Below, in pieces: positions 58,678-60,388 of a stretch of DNA of 60,388 nt. Source of the DNA: Ferrithrix thermotolerans DSM 19514 (GTDB taxonomy: Bacteria > Actinomycetota > Acidimicrobiia > Acidimicrobiales > Ilumatobacteraceae). Location: positions 1-60,388 of the forward strand of contig CAMCZA010000001.1 of NCBI GenBank assembly GCA_945885515.1, given 5' to 3'. A program made the position numbers and the translations under genes. Under the pieces are notes generated by a model. That model was not told the DNA's origin. It ran no database searches and saw nothing but the letters and a program-made list of their open reading frames with translations. How positions within the stretch are numbered: position 1 is the first letter of the stretch; every line of letters starts with the position of its first letter.

Positions 58678-59169
58678 TTATTTGGGTTCGCTGATGCGCT
58701 CAAGAACCACACGAACGCCACCCATGTCTGGGCGGGTCCAGATCATGTGGCCTTCGCTATCTAAGTGACGACGAACTTCGATTCCAGGCATGCCGACCGG
58801 TCGGAGAACAAATGAATTGTCTTCGTAGGTAGCAACAACATAAATTGGTGTTTTAAAATCAAAAACTGAAACATCGTGCACGCCGTTTTCTTCGGTGCCA
58901 TCAGCACGAGCATCGGCGATTGTTCCGCCGCCACAGTCGACAATTCGATTTCCGCATTGCTCGATGCGTTCGGTGTACGACATCAATCGATCATCGGAAG
59001 GCACCGGTTGGCCACCACGAGTTGCACTAATCGTTTTCCAAATGCCGCGCAGATCAGGTGCACCAGTTACGAGAGGCTCGGTACATCCAGAAAGAATCAG
59101 TGGTGGAAAAGATGGGCCGTATCCACCAGCAGGGGTGTGCGCAACAGGAATTTCGTTTGCAAGTGTCAT
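58678..59169 (-). CDS. Hypothetical protein (163 aa, no motif recognised)
   Basis: The ORF fills the gap between the ATP-grasp and aminotransferase genes on the same strand. Confidence 0.6.
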   Translation of the reverse strand: MTLANEIPVAHTPAGGYGPSFPPLILSGCTEPLVTGAPDLRGIWKTISATRGGQPVPSDDRLMSYTERIEQCGNRIVDCGGGTIADARADGTEENGVHDVSVFDFKTPIYVVATYEDNSFVLRPVGMPGIEVRRHLDSEGHMIWTRPDMGGVRVVLERISEPK

Positions 59170-59205
59170 CTATGGACAGATTACTGCAAGATCGTGTTGG
59201 CTAAT

Positions 59206-60063
59206 TTACTGGATCAGTGCTTCTACAAAAGAGTGAGTGCATTTAGCGTCTGCGTAGTACAAGAACAGCGAAGGCTCAATTAATTCGAGTTCAAGTACGC
59301 AGTCGCTGCCCTGATTGTCGAGAACTAAATCAACTCGGGCGTAAGTTGTCGTTCCAAATTTTGATGATACAAAATCAATTGCTGCTTGGGCAACTTTGAG
59401 TTGATTAGTTGTAGGGGTGTGGGGCGAATTTGTTTCGGGAGCAAATAAGTCGTCCACCGAGCCCGCGCGGGGCAAAGTAACTCGTTTGTTTGCAGCGTGA
59501 CTGAATTTTCCATTAAAAAAGACCATCGGCCATTCACCATCTCTTGCAATTGAATTCAAAAGTGGCTGCACCAACACTGTTTGACCAGACGTATGCAGCC
59601 GAGCGACATGACGCGTTGCAATCTCGTGTTGTTTGGAGTCGTAAGACGCGGCGTCGCGACTGCCAGCCCCGATTGCGGGCTTGATAACAAATTCGCTAAC
59701 TGGAAATTCGTACACGTCACCAGGCTTTACAAAAACAGTTGGTGTAATCGCAATTCCAGCATCTGCTAATTCGTTCAAATAATTCTTGTCAAGATTCCAG
59801 TGAATAATTGCTGGAGAGTTGACAATTTCAGTGATCCCCGAAACGCTGTCAAACCAAATTAGAAAATCCTTCAATCGTTCGGGGTAGTCCCACGCCGAGC
59901 GCAACACAACTCGGTCAAACTTCGACCAGGTGACAGCTTTGTTATCCCAATTGACGATTTCAACTGTGCAACCAGCAACACCAAGTGCTGCAACTACTGC
60001 TGTTTCATCTTCATCTCGACCGTGTGCTGCTTGCGTTGTGACCCATGCCAAGTTTTTAATCAC
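59206..60063 (-). CDS. ATP-grasp fold ligase, substrate unknown (GTG start)
   Basis: Pre-ATP-grasp plus ATP-grasp layout (NSPAIIHWNLDKNYL, FVIKPAIGAGSRD, VLVQPLL, ARVDLV...ELELIEPSLF). Confidence 0.65.
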   Translation of the reverse strand: MIKNLAWVTTQAAHGRDEDETAVVAALGVAGCTVEIVNWDNKAVTWSKFDRVVLRSAWDYPERLKDFLIWFDSVSGITEIVNSPAIIHWNLDKNYLNELADAGIAITPTVFVKPGDVYEFPVSEFVIKPAIGAGSRDAASYDSKQHEIATRHVARLHTSGQTVLVQPLLNSIARDGEWPMVFFNGKFSHAANKRVTLPRAGSVDDLFAPETNSPHTPTTNQLKVAQAAIDFVSSKFGTTTYARVDLVLDNQGSDCVLELELIEPSLFLYYADAKCTHSFVEALIQ

Positions 60064-60121
60064 TGCGCGAAGTTACCAGAATTCTCATAAATAATTTGAT
60101 GTGTTAATAGATTGCAATCAA

Positions 60122-60388
60122 GTGGAGCTGGGGGGAATCGAACCCCCGTCCATCAGCCGTTGAGCGCCCGTGATACGACCATTCCCACTTCGTTGCTACG
60201 CAGCAACACCGGCGGGTCGATTACAAGTGCACTAGGTGCACAAGTCGCGGAATGACTTTCCATTCGGTCATCGGTCTTTCTCGACGTCAGCATTCTTTCT
60301 TGCTGTCATTCCCCGCTTCTGTTGCCGGGCTGCGGTGAATTGGCCCCGTGCGACCTTGCGGCTCACGGTTGCTCTCCTACCGCAATTA
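60122..60388 (-). ncRNA. ssrA: tmRNA (ssrA), 3' portion only; the 5' part and tag ORF lie beyond the window edge
   Basis: The reverse complement of 60123-60151 is GGACGGGGGTTCGATTCCCCCCAGCTCCA, which is the tRNA-like T-arm plus the acceptor 3' strand. No CDS covers this stretch. Confidence 0.85.

Noticed and set aside
53340-60120. tmRNA-integrated genomic island or prophage remnant
   Set aside because: I saw no integrase, excisionase or phage genes. I also could not find by eye a direct repeat of the ssrA 3' end at the distal side. The GGGGAAT at 53345-53351 is too short to count. The observation is kept only as a synteny and breakpoint finding.

Overview
The window looks like a compact, moderate-GC actinobacterial chromosome segment. 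The lineage call rests on DUF3039, DUF3499, imuA', a Stf0-like gene, cofD/cofE and the secA-prfB-ftsEX array. Genes are tightly packed, many stops and starts overlap, and I saw no transposase, integrase, CRISPR array, tRNA or rRNA.

Gene content from left to right:
- 1-7.1 kb: a CarH/LitR-like HTH plus B12-binding regulator, then a complete SOS mutasome locus (imuA'-imuB-Nudix-dnaE2) with two LexA boxes.
- 7.1-9.5 kb: small conserved genes (LysE exporter, DUF3039, FmdB zinc ribbon, a degenerate RadC/JAB-like protein, rhomboid).
- 9.5-33.3 kb: a GDP-mannose/GDP-fucose cell-envelope glycan region. It holds fcl, three GT4 genes, manC, a degenerate epimerase, cofE/cofD, gmd, a flippase, a large GT2-membrane fusion, a DUF5719-like protein, a Trx-like protein, ftsH, DUF3499, a CPBP protease, a large membrane protein and phosphomannomutase.
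- 33.3-41.9 kb: housekeeping genes (trm112, ahcY, comF, secA, prfB, ftsE, ftsX).
- 41.9-60.1 kb: an accessory-looking metabolic stretch. It holds a crotonase, a truncated haemoglobin, a TrmH methyltransferase, menB coupled to an Stf0-like sulfotransferase, a five-gene dehydrogenase/aldolase/enolase-superfamily operon, a membrane Mo-oxidoreductase, an SDR, an MFS transporter, a cupin, and an ATP-grasp/hypothetical/aminotransferase/ThDP-enzyme operon.
- Right edge: the 3' part of tmRNA (ssrA) on the minus strand.

The most unusual signal is in the only sizeable intergenic gap (53.04-53.34 kb). It contains a His-codon-rich leader ORF with mutually exclusive antiterminator and terminator pairings, followed by a good RBS and only the first 26 codons of hisI. 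The hisI stub is cut off 18 nt from the stop codon of a convergent SDR gene, and that gene's last codons are a perfect 13-bp palindrome.

Other points worth a second look:
- Twin SOS-box/-10/ATG modules upstream of imuA' and dnaE2.
- A Nudix gene embedded in the mutasome operon.
- A single-domain CofE.
- An epimerase lacking its catalytic triad.
- comF running into secA where hpf normally sits.
- Disruption of the usual prfB-ftsEX-smpB-ssrA array.

I found no clear defence or mobile system. All functional calls are motif- and synteny-based readings of the ORF translations and were not checked by database search.
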